Source: Nemertoderma westbladi (Eukaryota > Animalia > Xenacoelomorpha). From it: DNA of 64,000 nucleotides. Shown here in pieces: positions 11,101-23,976 of this stretch. The notes under the pieces were generated by a model. It was given only the letters and a program-made list of their open reading frames with translations, made no database searches and was not told where the DNA came from. The stretch spans positions 3,661-67,660 of the forward strand of contig JAUCBJ010000044.1 of assembly GCA_032718475.1 (NCBI GenBank), written 5' to 3'. Numbering within the stretch: the first letter of the stretch is position 1; every line of letters starts with the position of its first letter. The position numbers and the translations under genes are program-made.

Positions 11101-12637
11101 ACTTTCTAACTTCACAGTAGTGACCGATCATCGACCGTTACTCACTATTTTTAATAATTACACACTCGATCAGGTGGAAAATTCAAAAATTCAGAGAATT
11201 AAAGCAAATCTTCAATCCGCGTACCAGTTCCATCTCGAGTGGAAACCTGGAAGCAAACACCGTATTGCCGATAGTCTGAGTCGGCATCCAATCGAGGACC
11301 CAGATCCCGATGACGGCGTTGATCCCACCTACCGAGTTGCCGCACTTGCAGCGGTTTTTAGTACGGAGACCGACGGGGTACATACCAAGGATGGCGACAA
11401 CGATCCCCTTGTCGAGGAACTCCGACGGATTGCTATTAAAGACTCCGAATATCGAGAGCTAGTTCAACAGATCCTCTGTGGTTTTACTACAATTCACACA
11501 GCCACAGAATCGGTAAAGCAGTATAAGTCTATTCGTGACTCACTTTCCGTTCACCGCGATCTCGTCCTTTACGACGACCGCATAATAATTCCTAAAGCAT
11601 CCCGCGGCGACATCCTCGAGCGTTTACATGCATCACATCAAGGGATGACTCGCACCAAACAGCGAGCTCGCCAGACGGTCTACTGGCCTGGGATTGGCCG
11701 CGACATCGAGATAATGACTCGTGAATGTGAAGGATGTCTTACTAGACTCCCAAGCCTTCCTAAGGAAACCTTAAAGGCGGATGACCCGCCTACTCGCCCA
11801 TTCCAACGCGCTTCGGCTGATCTTTTCTCACTGCGAGGACGTCATTTTCTCGTATATGCAGATTATTTATCTGGTTACCCGTGCGTAACTGAATGGTTTC
11901 ACGACCCAGATGCAAAGAAAATAACTTCGGCTTTGCGCCAACACTTCGTTGACTTGGGCGTACCAATAAAACTTCGTTCCGATAACGGTCCACAGTTCTC
12001 GGCACATCACACCAGAATGTTCCTTAAGCGATGGGGTGTCGAGTGGGAACCAAGTACACCTGGTTACCCAACCAGCAATGGGCATGCCGAGGCATCGGTT
12101 AAGCGAATTAAAACTCTCCTCGCCAAATGCCCGAAACCCGATATACATTCGGACGAGTTCCTAGAAGGTCTCATGGAACTCAGGAACTTCCCCCGTGGCG
12201 ACGGCGCCTCTCCCAGCGAACGTGTATTTGGGCGCTTGTTACGTACACGAATCCCTGCGCACCATACGAAATACGCGCAGAAGTGGCGTGATGAAGCGGA
12301 CGCCACCGATTCAGCCGCTGCCACTCTCCGCCTAAAAACGGCCGAGTTATACAACCAATCAGCCGCCGACCTCCCTTCCCTTAAAACCAACACCAAAGTC
12401 CTCATACAGGACCAGAAAACCAAACGGTGGACCCACACTGGTACCATCGTAGGTGTCGGTCGCCACCGTGATTATCATATAAAATTGCCATCGGGACGTA
12501 CATGGTGGCGCAACCGCCGATTTCTCAGGCCCCACTTTATAGCTGAGAAACTCGATAACCACAACGAAGCTGATAATGACATTTTACCAAGGCGTAGTGA
12601 ACGTATACGCCAACGTCACGTCCACTGGGAAAATTAA
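8180..12637 (+). CDS. gag-pol: Gag-Pol polyprotein (Gag knuckles, aspartic protease, RT, RNase H, integrase)
   Basis: Knuckles [11 protein letters not shown] and [14 protein letters not shown]; protease ADTGA; [11 protein letters not shown] and IVDD; RNase H DAS, ELE and TDHRPL; integrase HASHQG/CEGC, DLF, SDNGPQF and SNGHAE. First in-frame ATG is at 8180. Confidence 0.95.
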   Translation: MSIESDDWLELTPDEIEDLDRQSLIKHCTFAGVSFDAKTSSMIMRKRLLKLLQSGEESSIPPVTQSVDLANLLIQLEQQRREDNLRREHREEQQRAVDEQRCTDERAEMVQILAQFGRAPPATGTGPTISRTSDQASAKLQLRTPDILEVDMRYRQFKHWESTWRNYVRVTKLTDKPREDQIAALFSYCSSDLLNRIHYTMGIPQDTDKTMDEILTEIRTYLRGEQNVAVDQYKLLSQRQQEGQSFEEFYVKLRESSDDAMIEQMTPDDWILTLLICGISDDETRCEVFGKKPPLDLTQTVDFCRSRELAAIEGKRLKGNTLAAIKQNNGGQRSRSKSRYRQAKEGRNLSRSPSHGGGPTKACYRCGGHWPHDGNKPCWALDKNCANCGKKGHLAKVCNNKTAKKGKQTGAIIQAYIGENCRKPVVSINFHRPGGDDNLFLGSKNCIADTGAQVIAAGTDILDDWHITRRLLKPPDAPLLTANGDQILCDGRVKLKLKLVDAEHLDWVYICPEITQGEIFLSLAACKGLGIVHPDFPHPIHSINSVDLLHPIPDLDKPESGNIGEPIEYIAKIKAKIIAEYADVFGDGHGLKAMVGPPMRIELKGDAVPFKLYTHRAVPFAFREKAKETIDSMVENGIIERVGDRPTEWCHPLVVCSKPNSPGEVRITVDLTKLNYQVKRTVHNARSPRDIVSARIPGSCLFSTLDAKTGYWQVELEEKSRDLTTFITPWGCFRYCRAPMGFISTGDSYNYRGDMVLQGVDGVNKIVDDILLESSNLEEHVELVRDVLQRCRDNSITLNPKKFHFAQTNVKFAGYIISADGTEADPEKVRAIQDYETPQNITDLRSFMGLANQLGCFSSTVSAAAVPLRDILRTKNEWIWTAMHEEAFRAVKLALLQPPILAPFDPLLDTRLEVDASRKFGMGYDLIQRHGDIYKLVACGSRFLTDCETRWATIELECAAIKYGISKCRLYLEGLSNFTVVTDHRPLLTIFNNYTLDQVENSKIQRIKANLQSAYQFHLEWKPGSKHRIADSLSRHPIEDPDPDDGVDPTYRVAALAAVFSTETDGVHTKDGDNDPLVEELRRIAIKDSEYRELVQQILCGFTTIHTATESVKQYKSIRDSLSVHRDLVLYDDRIIIPKASRGDILERLHASHQGMTRTKQRARQTVYWPGIGRDIEIMTRECEGCLTRLPSLPKETLKADDPPTRPFQRASADLFSLRGRHFLVYADYLSGYPCVTEWFHDPDAKKITSALRQHFVDLGVPIKLRSDNGPQFSAHHTRMFLKRWGVEWEPSTPGYPTSNGHAEASVKRIKTLLAKCPKPDIHSDEFLEGLMELRNFPRGDGASPSERVFGRLLRTRIPAHHTKYAQKWRDEADATDSAAATLRLKTAELYNQSAADLPSLKTNTKVLIQDQKTKRWTHTGTIVGVGRHRDYHIKLPSGRTWWRNRRFLRPHFIAEKLDNHNEADNDILPRRSERIRQRHVHWEN

Positions 12638-12684
12638 TTCCAACGATTTAAAACTATTTAAAACTAAATCATACGTTTCAAATC

Positions 12685-12700
12685 GAAAAAAAAGAGAGAG
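12685..12700 (+). promoter_or_regulatory. Polypurine tract
   Basis: GAAAAAAAAGAGAGAG one base before the 3' LTR. Confidence 0.88.
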
Positions 12701-12701
12701 T

Positions 12702-12991
12702 TGTTATATACTGATAAGTTACTTTCAGTTTCCTTTAAGGTGGTGGTTTGGATCTAAGTACTTTAACAGTTTTTTAATATAACTACCGTCTACATGCTGG
12801 GATATGGTCTGATGATATACTGCTGTACTGACATGCTGAATTATTTAAGTGCTTCTGTACTTCCCTTTAAATCAGCCTACCGTGTCTGGTATGGTTGATA
12901 AACCGGACCTGTACTTAATAAATCTGGGATAATTAATACCTAATACATTTTACTTTATTTCTTCTATACTTCCGATGTGAAGGATACAACA
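12702..12991 (+). repeat. 3' LTR (290 bp)
   Basis: Direct repeat of 7847-8136. Confidence 0.95.
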
Positions 12992-14843
12992 ATGTGATTT
13001 CTCAAGAAGTGTTTTACTTTTATAAAGAGAAAAAGGAACGGATTCTTAGTTCTCGCTAGCCACGGTTCCATGACTATAGCCAAATTTTGACCCAGGGGAT
13101 GGGTATTATAGCTAAAATAAATCTAAAAGTATCAAACTCGAAAATCTGAATACCGACACTCGACAGAAACAATCCCAATTCCGTTGCAACACTAGAAGAA
13201 TTTCAAGTTCGGTTCCATTTTTGTTTTAGATTTGTGGCTAAAGTCATAATTTAAACGCAATTAATACTTATTGACGTTTTATAAAAATGAATTTTAAAGA
13301 TAAATTTCAATTAAAAAGTATAGTATAATAATTAATTATTCCAAATACTAATACAATGTCTACAATTTATATTAAAATACAAAGAATACAAAACAAATAA
13401 AATATCACACTATTTGACATATATCTCTATACACAAATAACACAATATACCCAATACTATTACAATATAATTTAGTACACAAATAAATTATTAAATCAAA
13501 CTACTAAAATATTTTGAGAACATTTGGTGGCCAATACAGGCTAAAGTTGAGGAAATCTAAAAACGAAAATAAATTTAAATCAATCCCAACCACTTTGGAT
13601 TCTATATTATCTTGTTAATGGCCAAAAAATGTCCATTAAAATATATTTTTCGGATCATCTATTTATTCACTATCAACCGCTAGACCTATTAATTGTAGTA
13701 GTAGAATATTTATTCATGGAAATTGGTATACAATCCATACAAATAGAGCAGTCCAGGGGAATTAATGAAATTCCAGAATAATTTAATTATTAAAACAAAA
13801 AGCTGTCACAGCCTTTTGCATCAAGAAATACCACGATATGGCCAATTGATGTGCCACAGGCCAGTGTCAATTGTATTCATTTCCCATTGAATCACTGGTC
13901 TGGTCTGTGGCACATTAATCGATATAATTATCTTGGTAGCTAGAAATCTCTTTCAATTATTAAAAAAATGTAAAAAATTTTAATTTAACAAAATTGCAAT
14001 TCCACTGCAAGGAAATTTTAACTAATGATAGCGAAGATTTTTCACAAAATAAAATTGATATTGGTCTATTAATTGATATTAGGTGTAACCATGGAATACT
14101 AAATATACATACATAATAGATATGTATATTATTTAGTATTCCATGGTGTAACATATTTATTTGTTTTAGTTTTCAAACCACAATATATCGTATATCGGGT
14201 AAATTTTTTGGGAACAAACGTTTTTGATACCGACAATCTGCGTAAATAAGCTTCCAATATCTATCTGCAACAGACAAATAATAATATAAAGATGAATAAA
14301 CGATTCAATAGATTTTCGATAGTGGCACCCAGTTCCGTCAATCGGTAGACATTGGTCTAAAGTGTGTCTGCACTAAATTTGGGGAAACCCAAACAATAGT
14401 TACCTTCTTGTTATGTCCCTATTGCTAAGGGGAAAAATATGTAATTGAAAATGATTCGCAAAATGTTTTTATTTGTGGTATTGGCAAGATAATGTAGAAT
14501 GAATGATTTGGTTCGGTTGAATTGGGTAATTAGTTTTGGACTGCCCCTTCTTTTTGCTTAGATAGTCTGTAGGTCTAAAGAAGGTATAGTCACATAGGCC
14601 TACGGAACCTTTTTATAAGCATATCGCGAAATAATACAATTAATTCAATATATTATCTCTGGGAGCGTTGGTTTGAAAATTAATTCTACAAAAACCATGC
14701 AAATTATGAAAAAGTTTACCATTTGCAGTAACGGTAATATCATTACAAACAACTCTCATAAAGTTTTTTTAGCACACAATTTATGTTTCAGTCAATTAAA
14801 TATTGTTTTCTTGATTTCTTTTATAATTACCATTACTGTAGGG

Positions 14844-15220
14844 GAGGTACGCAGCAAACCTCGCCCGCAGCAAACCTCGCCCGCAGCAAACCTCGCCCGC
14901 AGCAATCTTCGCCCGCAGCAATCTTCGCCCGGAGCAATCTTCGCCCGGAGCAATCTTCGCCCTCAAAATGAGCAACTATCGCCCAAGGGAACCTTCGCCC
15001 GCAGGCAATCTTTGCCCACGAGCAAACTTCGCCCACTAAACATTTATTGTTTTGGTTAGAAAACCCGTCTCTGTAACCTGCTCCATTCTCCCAATTTATA
15101 ACTAAAATTGTTACTAACACAAATCATATTGGGCGAAGGTTGCTCGCGGGTGGAGATTGCCTTGCGGGTGAATGTTTCCCCCGGGCGAAGGTTGTACGAG
15201 GGCGAGGGATGCACCCAACC
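14844..15220. mobile_element. MITE-like element with 16-17-bp TCGCCC subrepeats and 8-bp TSD
   Basis: Direct (C/T)TCGCCC repeats on the left and inverted GGGCGA repeats on the right. CTGTAGGG flanks both sides (14836-14843, 15221-15228). Confidence 0.7.
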
Positions 15221-16409
15221 CTGTAGGGACACTAATATAATAAATTTTTATAATAAATAATATACAATCATAAAAAATATTTAAATTTCACATTTCTGCA
15301 GGTCTTACATCTTACTGTAGTTCACATTAAAATTATATTATTGATAATTTCAAGTTCATTGGGTTGGGAATATAATCTCACACATGGACATAACATGACA
15401 ATACAGCTTGACATAGACGAATGGCAACATGGAAACTGCACGGAATGTAGGCCTACTAATAATGTATTTAAAGAATATCGCGATTCAACTTTATTTTAAT
15501 AATTTAATGTAAATAATGGAAATGCTTAATTTTAGTCTAAACATCGATAGTGTAAAACTGTGAATAACTAAAATTTGCAAAAATAAATTATTATTTTATT
15601 TATTATTTTACGGGAAATTACATAGGCCAGCTACAGTATCACCTTACGGCATGTGTAACGTAAATTGGCATCTTATAGCAAAAAATAAAAATTTACAATC
15701 AATTATAAAAATAACCATTCAATAACTAAGTAAAACTATTACCAGCAACTATTACCCCAGACCACAAACGGATAGCGTCATTGTTTCGGAAGGTTTAAAC
15801 TTTTAACTTACAATGACATTCTTAAATTTCAAATTACTACGCCTCTGAGAATTATTAACGAATTTTTAAAATTATTTAAAATATATATGAAAATATAAAA
15901 TAATATTAGATAACTACCTACAAGCAGAGATTATAGCCATCTAAAAAAGCTCCATAAGGGTATACCCCTCCCCCCCTCCCCCCCCCCCCCCCCCCCCCTT
16001 AATAAATTGGTAAATAGCGATAAAGAAAATAAGTACATTATTTCACTGTTTGCTACTAACCATTATTATATGAATCTTATATTTATTCTAAAATAAATTT
16101 TTATTATGTATTAAAATAATTTAATTATAAAATAACTCCGATTAATAATATAATAATATAATATAATTCCGATTATACTATTTATTTAAACAGTTTGTTT
16201 TTTTTTTTACACAAACATAAAATATTGTCTTTTCTTTTAGAAATAATCGAATTAAACAACTAATAAATAAATCAAAATATTGTTGGTAGGACATCGCCTA
16301 TTTAACATTTAATGGACACTTATGTGTAAATATGAACAAAAAAGACAACAAAAAAATAACAAGACAAAATTAATTTATAAATACAAACATTCAGAAAGGG
16401 CCAAGCTGC

Positions 16410-19400
16410 ACCAGCCATCCACAATGGTAGCAATACGCTGTAGGTATTACACCTGTCGCACCCATCCAACCTGGTAGCAGTACGCGGTAGGTATTACACC
16501 CTGTCGCACCCATCCAACATGGTAGCAGTACGCGGTAGGTATTACACCTGTCGCACCCATCCAACGTGGTAGCAGTACGCGGTAGGTATTACACCTGTCG
16601 CACCCATCCACACATGGTAGCAGTACGCGGTAGGTATTACACCTGTCGCACCCATCCAACATGGTAGCAGTACGCGGTAGGTATTACACCTGTCGCACCC
16701 ATCCAACATGGTAGCAGTACGCGGTAGGTATTACACCTGTCGCACCCATCCAACGTGGTAGCAGTACGCGGTAGGTATTACACCTGTCGCACCCATCCAA
16801 CATGGTAGCAGTACGCGGTAGGTATTACACCTGTCGCACCCATCCAACATGGTAGCAGTACGCGGTAGGTATTACACCTGTCGCACCCATCCAACATGGT
16901 AGCAGTACGCGGTAGGTATTACACCTGTCGCACCCATCCAACGTGGTAGCAGTACGCGGTAGGTATTACACCTGTCGCACCCATCCAACATGGTAGCAGT
17001 ACGCGGTAGGTATTACACCTGTCGCACCCATCCAACATGGTAGCAGTACGCGGTAGGTATTACACCTGTCGCACCCATCCAACATGGTAGCAGTACGCGG
17101 TAGGTATTACACCTGTCGCACCCATCCAACGTGGTAGCAGTACGCGGTAGGTATTACACCTGTCGCACCCATCCAACATGGTAGCAGTACGCGGTAGGTA
17201 TTACACCTGTCGCACCCATCCAACGTGGTAGCAGTACGCGGTAGGTATTACACCTGTCGCACCCATCCAACATGGTAGCAGTACGCGGTAGGTATTACAC
17301 CTGTCGCACCCATCCAACGTGGTAGCAGTACGCGGTAGGTATTACACCTGTCGCACCCATCCAACATGGTAGCAGTACGCGGTAGGTATTACACCTGTCG
17401 CACCCATCCAACATGGTAGCAGTACGCGGTAGGTATTACACCTGTCGCACCCATCCAACATGGTAGCAGTACGCGGTAGGTATTACACCTGTCGCACCCA
17501 TCCAACATGGTAGCAGTACGCGGTAGGTATTACACCTGTCGCACCCATCCAACATGGTAGCAGTACGCGGTAGGTATTACACCTGTCGCACCCATCCAAC
17601 GTGGTAGCAGTACGCGGTAGGTATTACACCTGTCGCACCCATCCAACATGGTAGCAGTACGCGGTAGGTATTACACCTGTCGCACCCATCCACACATGGT
17701 AGCAGTACGCGGTAGGTATTACACCTGTCGCACCCATCCAACATGGTAGCAGTACGCGGTAGGTATTACACCTGTCGCACCCATCCAACATGGTAGCAGT
17801 ACGCGGTAGGTATTACACCTGTCGCACCCATCCAACATGGTAGCAGTACGCGGTAGGTATTACACCTGTCGCACCCATCCAACATGGTAGCAGTACGCGG
17901 TAGGTATTACACCTGTCGCACCCATCCAACATGGTAGCAGTACGCGGTAGGTATTACACCTGTCGCACCCATCCAACATGGTAGCAGTACGCGGTAGGTA
18001 TTACACCTGTCGCACCCATCCAACATGGTAGCAGTACGCGGTAGGTATTACACCTGTCGCACCCATCCAACATGGTAGCAGTACGCGGTAGGTATTACAC
18101 CTGTCGCACCCATCCAACATGGTAGCAGTACGCGGTAGGTATTACACCTGTCGCACCCATCCAACATGGTAGCAGTACGCGGTAGGTATTACACCTGTCG
18201 CACCCATCCAACGTGGTAGCAGTACGCGGTAGGTATTACACCTGTCGCACCCATCCAACATGGTAGCAGTACGCGGTAGGTATTACACCTGTCGCACCCA
18301 TCCAACATGGTAGCAGTACGCGGTAGGTATTACACCTGTCGCACCCATCCAACATGGTAGCAGTACGCGGTAGGTATTACACCTGTCGCACCCATCCAAC
18401 GTGGTAGCAGTACGCGGTAGGTATTACACCTGTCGCACCCATCCAACATGGTAGCAGTACGCGGTAGGTATTACACCTGTCGCACACATCAAACATGGTA
18501 GCAGTACGCGGTAGGTATTACACCTGTCGCACCCATCCAACATGGTAGCAGTACGCGGTAGGTATTACACCTGTCGCACCCATCCAACATGGTAGCAGTA
18601 CGCGGTAGGTATTACACCTGTCGCACCCATCCAACATGGTAGCAGTACGCGGTAGGTATTACACCTGTCGCACCCATCCAACATGGTAGCAGTACGCGGT
18701 AGGTATTACACCTGTCGCACCCATCCAACATGGTAGCAGTACGCGGTAGGTATTACACCTGTCGCACCCATCCACACATGGTAGCAGTACGCGGTAGGTA
18801 TTACACCTGTCGCACCCATCCAACATGGTAGCAGTACGCGGTAGGTATTACACCTGTCGCACCCATCCACAATGGTAGCAGTACGCGGTAGGTATTACAC
18901 CTGTCGCACCCATCCAACATGGTAGCAGTACGCGGTAGGTATTACACCTGTCGCACCCATCCAACATGGTAGCAGTACGCGGTAGGTATTACACCTGTCG
19001 CACCCATCCAACATGGTAGCAGTACGCGGTAGGTATTACACCTGTCGCACCCATCCAACATGGTAGCAGTACGCGGTAGGTATTACACCTGTCGCACCCA
19101 TCCAACATGGTAGCAGTACGCGGTAGGTATTACACCTGTCGCACCCATCCAACATGGTAGCAGTACGCGGTAGGTATTACACCTGTCGCACCCATCCACA
19201 ATGGTAGCAGTACGCGGTAGGTATTACACCTGTCGCACCCATCCACAATGGTAGCAGTACGCGGTAGGTATTACACCTGTCGCACACATCAAACATGGTA
19301 GCAGTACGCGGTAGGTTTACACCTGTCGCACACATCAAACATGGTAGCAGTACGCGGTAGGTATTACACCTGTCGCACACATCAAACATGGTAGCAGTAC

Positions 19401-22400
19401 GCGGTAGGTATTACACCAGTCGCATCCATCCAACATGGTAGCAGTACGCGGTAGGTATTACACCTGTCGCACACATCCAACATGGTAGCAGTACGCGGTA
19501 GGTATTACACCTGTCGCACACATCCAACATGGTAGCAGTACGCGGTAGGTATTACTTACACCTGTCACACACATCCAACATGGTAGCAGTACGCGGTAGG
19601 TATTACACCAGTCGCACCCATCCAACATGGTAGCAGTACGCGGAAGGTATTACACCTGTCGCACCCATCCACAATGGTAGCAGTACACGGTAGGTATTAC
19701 ACCTGTCGCGCACATCAAACGTGGTAGCAGTACGCGGTAGGTATTACACCTGTCGCACCCATCCACAATGGTAGCAGTACGCGGTAGGTATTACACCTGT
19801 CGCACACATCAAACGTGGTAGCAGTACGCGGTAGGTATTACACCTGTCGCACCCATCCAACGTGGTAGCAGTACGCGGTAGGTATTACACCTGTCGCACC
19901 CATCCAACATGGTAGCAGTACGCGGTAGGTATTACACCTGTCGCACCCATCCAACATGGTAGCAGTACGCGGTAGGTATTACACCTGTCGCACCCATCCA
20001 ACGTGGTAGCAGTACGCGGTAGGTATTACACCTGTCGCACCCATCCAACATGGTAGCAGTACGCGGTAGGTATTACACCTGTCGCACACATCAAACGTGG
20101 TAGCAGTACGCGGTGGGTATTACACCTGTCGCACCCATCCAACGTGGTAGCAGTACGCGGTAGGTATTACACCTGTCGCACCCATCCAACATGGTAGCAG
20201 TACGCGGTAGGTATTACACCTGTCGCACCCATCCAACATGGTAGCAGTACACGGTAGGTATTACACCTGTCGCACCCATCCAACATGGTAGCAGTACGCG
20301 GTAGGTATTACACCTGTCGCACCCATCCAACATGGTAGCAGTACGCGATAGGAATTACACCTGTCGCACCCATCCAACATGGTAGCACTACGCGGTAGGT
20401 ATTACACCTGTCGCACCCATCCAACATGGTAGCAGTACGCGGTTGGTATTCCACCTGTCGCACCCATCCACAATGGTAGCAGTTCGCGGTAGGTATTACA
20501 CCTGTCGCACCCATCCAACATGGTAGCAGTACGCGGTAGGTATTACACCTGTCGCACCCATCCAACATGGTAGCAGTACGCGGTAGGTATTACACCTGTC
20601 GCACCCATCCAACATGGTAGCAGTACGCGGTAGGTATTACACCTGTCGCACCCATCCAACATGGTAGCAGTACGCGGTAGGTATTACACCTGTCGCACCC
20701 ATCCAACATGGTAGCAGTACGCGGTAGGTATTACACCTGTCGCACCCATCCAACATGGTAGCAGTACGCGGTAGGTATTACACCTGTCGCACCCATCCAA
20801 CATGGTAGCAGTACGCGGTAGGTATTACACCTGTCGCACCCATCCACAATGGTAGCAGTACGCGGTAGGTATTACACCTGTCGCACCCATCCACAATGGT
20901 AGCAGTACGCGGTAGGTATTACACCTGTCGCACACATCAAACATGGTAGCAGTACGCGGTAGGTTTACACCTGTCGCACACATCAAACATGGTAGCAGTA
21001 CGCGGTAGGTATTACACCTGTCGCACACATCAAACATGGTAGCAGTACGCGGTAGGTATTACACCAGTCGCATCCATCCAACATGGTAGCAGTACGCGGT
21101 AGGTATTACACCTGTCGCACACATCCAACATGGTAGCAGTACGCGGTAGGTATTACACCTGTCGCACACATCCAACATGGTAGCAGTACGCGGTAGGTAT
21201 TACTTACACCTGTCACACACATCCAACATGGTAGCAGTACGCGGTAGGTATTACACCAGTCGCACCCATCCAACGTGGTAGCAGTACGCTGTAGGTATTA
21301 CATCTGTCGCACCCATCCACAATGGTAGCAGTACACGGTAGGTATTACACCTGTCGCGCACATCAAACGTGGTATCAGTACGCGGAAGGTATTACACCTG
21401 TCGCACCCATCCACAATGGTAGCAGTACACGGTAGGTATTACACCTGTCGCGCACATCAAACGTGGTAGCAGTACGCGGTAGGTGTTACACCTGTCGCAC
21501 CCATCCACAATGGTAGCAGTACGCGGTAGGTATTACACCTGTCGCACACATCAAACGTGGTAGCAGTACGCGGTAGGTATTACACCTGTCGCACCCATCC
21601 AACGTGGTAGCAGTACGCGGTAGGTATTACACCTGTCGCACCCATCCAACATGGTAGCAGTACGCGGTAGGTATTACACCTGTCGCACCCATCCAACATG
21701 GTAGCAGTACGCGGTAGGTATTACACCTGTCGCACCCATCCAACATGGTAGCAGTACGCGGTAGGTATTACACCTGTCGCACCCATCCAACATGGTATCA
21801 GTACGCGGAAGGTATTACACCTGTCGCACCCATCCACAATGGTAGCAGTACGCGGTAGGTATTACACCTGTCGCACCCATCCAACATGGTAGCAGTACGC
21901 GGTAGGTATCACACCTGTCGCACCCATCCAACATGGTATCAGTACGCGGAAGGTATTACACCTGTCGCACCCATCCACAATGGTAGCAGTACACGGTAGG
22001 TATTACATCTGTCGCACCCATCCAACATGGTATCAGTACGCGGAAGGTATTACACCTGTCGCACCCATCCACAATGGTAGCAGTACACGGTAGGTATTAC
22101 ACCTGTCGCGCACATCAAACGTGGTAGCAGTACGCGGTAGGTGTTACACCTGTCGCACCCATCCACAATGGTAGCAGTACGCGGTAGGTATTACACCTGT
22201 CGCACACATCAAACGTGGTAGCAGTACGCGGTAGGTATTACACCTGTCGCACCCATCCAACGTGGTAGCAGTACGCGGTAGGTATTACACCTGTCGCACC
22301 CATCCAACATGGTAGCAGTACGCGGTAGGTATTACACCTGTCGCACCCATCCAACATGGTAGCAGTACGCGGTAGGTATTACACCTGTCGCACCCATCCA

Positions 22401-23186
22401 ACATGGTAGCAGTACGCGGTAGGTATTACACCTGTCGCACCCATCCAACGTGGTAGCAGTACGCGGTAGGTATTACACCTGTCGCACCCATCCAACATGG
22501 TAGCAGTACGCGGTAGGTATTACACCTGTCGCACACATCAAACGTGGTAGCAGTACGCGGTGGGTATTACACCTGTCGCACCCATCCAACGTGGTAGCAG
22601 TACGCGGTAGGTATTACACCTGTCGCACCCATCCAACATGGTAGCAGTACGCGGTAGGTATTACACCTGTCGCACCCATCCAACATGGTAGCAGTACACG
22701 GTAGGTATTACACCTGTCGCACCCATCCAACATGGTAGCAGTACGCGGTAGGTATTACACCTGTCGCACCCATCCAACATGGTAGCAGTACGCGATAGGA
22801 ATTACACCTGTCGCACCCATCCAACATGGTAGCACTACGCGGTAGGTATTACACCTGTCGCACCCATCCAACATGGTAGCAGTACGCGGTTGGTATTCCA
22901 CCTGTCGCACCCATCCACAATGGTAGCAGTTCGCGGTAGGTATTACACCTGTCGCACCCATCCAACATGGTAGCAGTACGCGGTAGGTATTACACCTGTC
23001 GCACCCATCCAACATGGTAGCAGTACGCGGTAGGTATTACACCTGTCGCACCCATCCAACATGGTAGCAGTACGCGGTAGGTATTACACCTGTCGCACCC
23101 ATCCAACATGGTAGCAGTACGCGGTAGGTATTACACCTGTCGCACCCATCCAACAAGGTAGCAGTACGCGGCAGGTATTACACCTG
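16410..23186. repeat. 47-bp satellite, about 144 copies
   Basis: Unit GTATTACACCTGTCGCACCCATCCAACATGGTAGCAGTACGCGGTAG, head-to-tail without spacers. Confidence 0.98.
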
Positions 23187-23584
23187 AATCTCCCCTGGAG
23201 ATGGACTAAATGAAAAGTAATCACCGGCGTACTCCATAAGTGTCTCAAGGGAGATTCGGAATTGCTCGAAATCCGGCCGTTTCTCTGGGTCGTTTTTCCA
23301 ACATGCGATCATTATTGCGTATCTAATGAGAATAAATAACCGTAAAATGATTAAATGCGGAATCTAATAGAAATAAAGTAATAATAATATATTATATACA
23401 CCCCCGCGCGGGGTAAATTTGAGTATTAAAGTAATGCAGTATAAATTATTTCTATATATTGATATAAGAATTCCGAAACATTTGGCATATAATAAACACG
23501 ACACGGTTATCAGTACTATTATCACTGAAATGAAACCTCAGCAGAAAAAAGATAACTAACTAAAAAATAAAACTCATTTTTGGA

Positions 23585-23976
23585 ACGGGATCCCGAAGTA
23601 AAAATAGTTAGCAAATTTCTTGAATTTCCGATTGATATTTGAACCAGAACTTATACGTATTGACCATATTGAATTGTCGGATTACGGGATGTCACTAAAT
23701 CATCTAGTAATCAACTATAATAAAATTATAATATAATTTTATCTCACTAATATTTCAGCAGTGTGAAATAAAGTGATATAATTTTAATTTTAATTAACAG
23801 AGCAATAAATACTGAAAACATTAACAAAATTTTATTCAAAATTGTATTCCCGATCCCGAAAATCGGGATCCCGAGAGTGGCAATCCCGGTCCCGATCCCG
23901 AAAATCGGGATCCCGAGAGTGATATTCCCGGTCCCGATCCCGGAAATCCCGGTAAGTCTGATCCCGCTAAACACTA
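23585..23976. mobile_element. Truncated MITE-like element with (GG)GATCCCG subrepeats
   Basis: Repeated CCCGATCCCGAAAATCGGGATCCCGAGAGTG and a terminus-like GATCCCGCTAAACACTA. The matching left end was not found. Confidence 0.5.

Larger units (their letters stand above)
7847..12991 (+). mobile_element. Full-length Ty3/Gypsy LTR retrotransposon, Mag-like, single gag-pol ORF
   Basis: Two 290-bp LTRs (TGTT...AACA), a PBS, a PPT and an intact ORF in PR-RT-RH-IN order. Confidence 0.96.

Noticed and set aside
14673-15120. 128-aa ORF with RPQQ repeats and overlapping ORFs
   Set aside because: Translation of MITE subrepeats.
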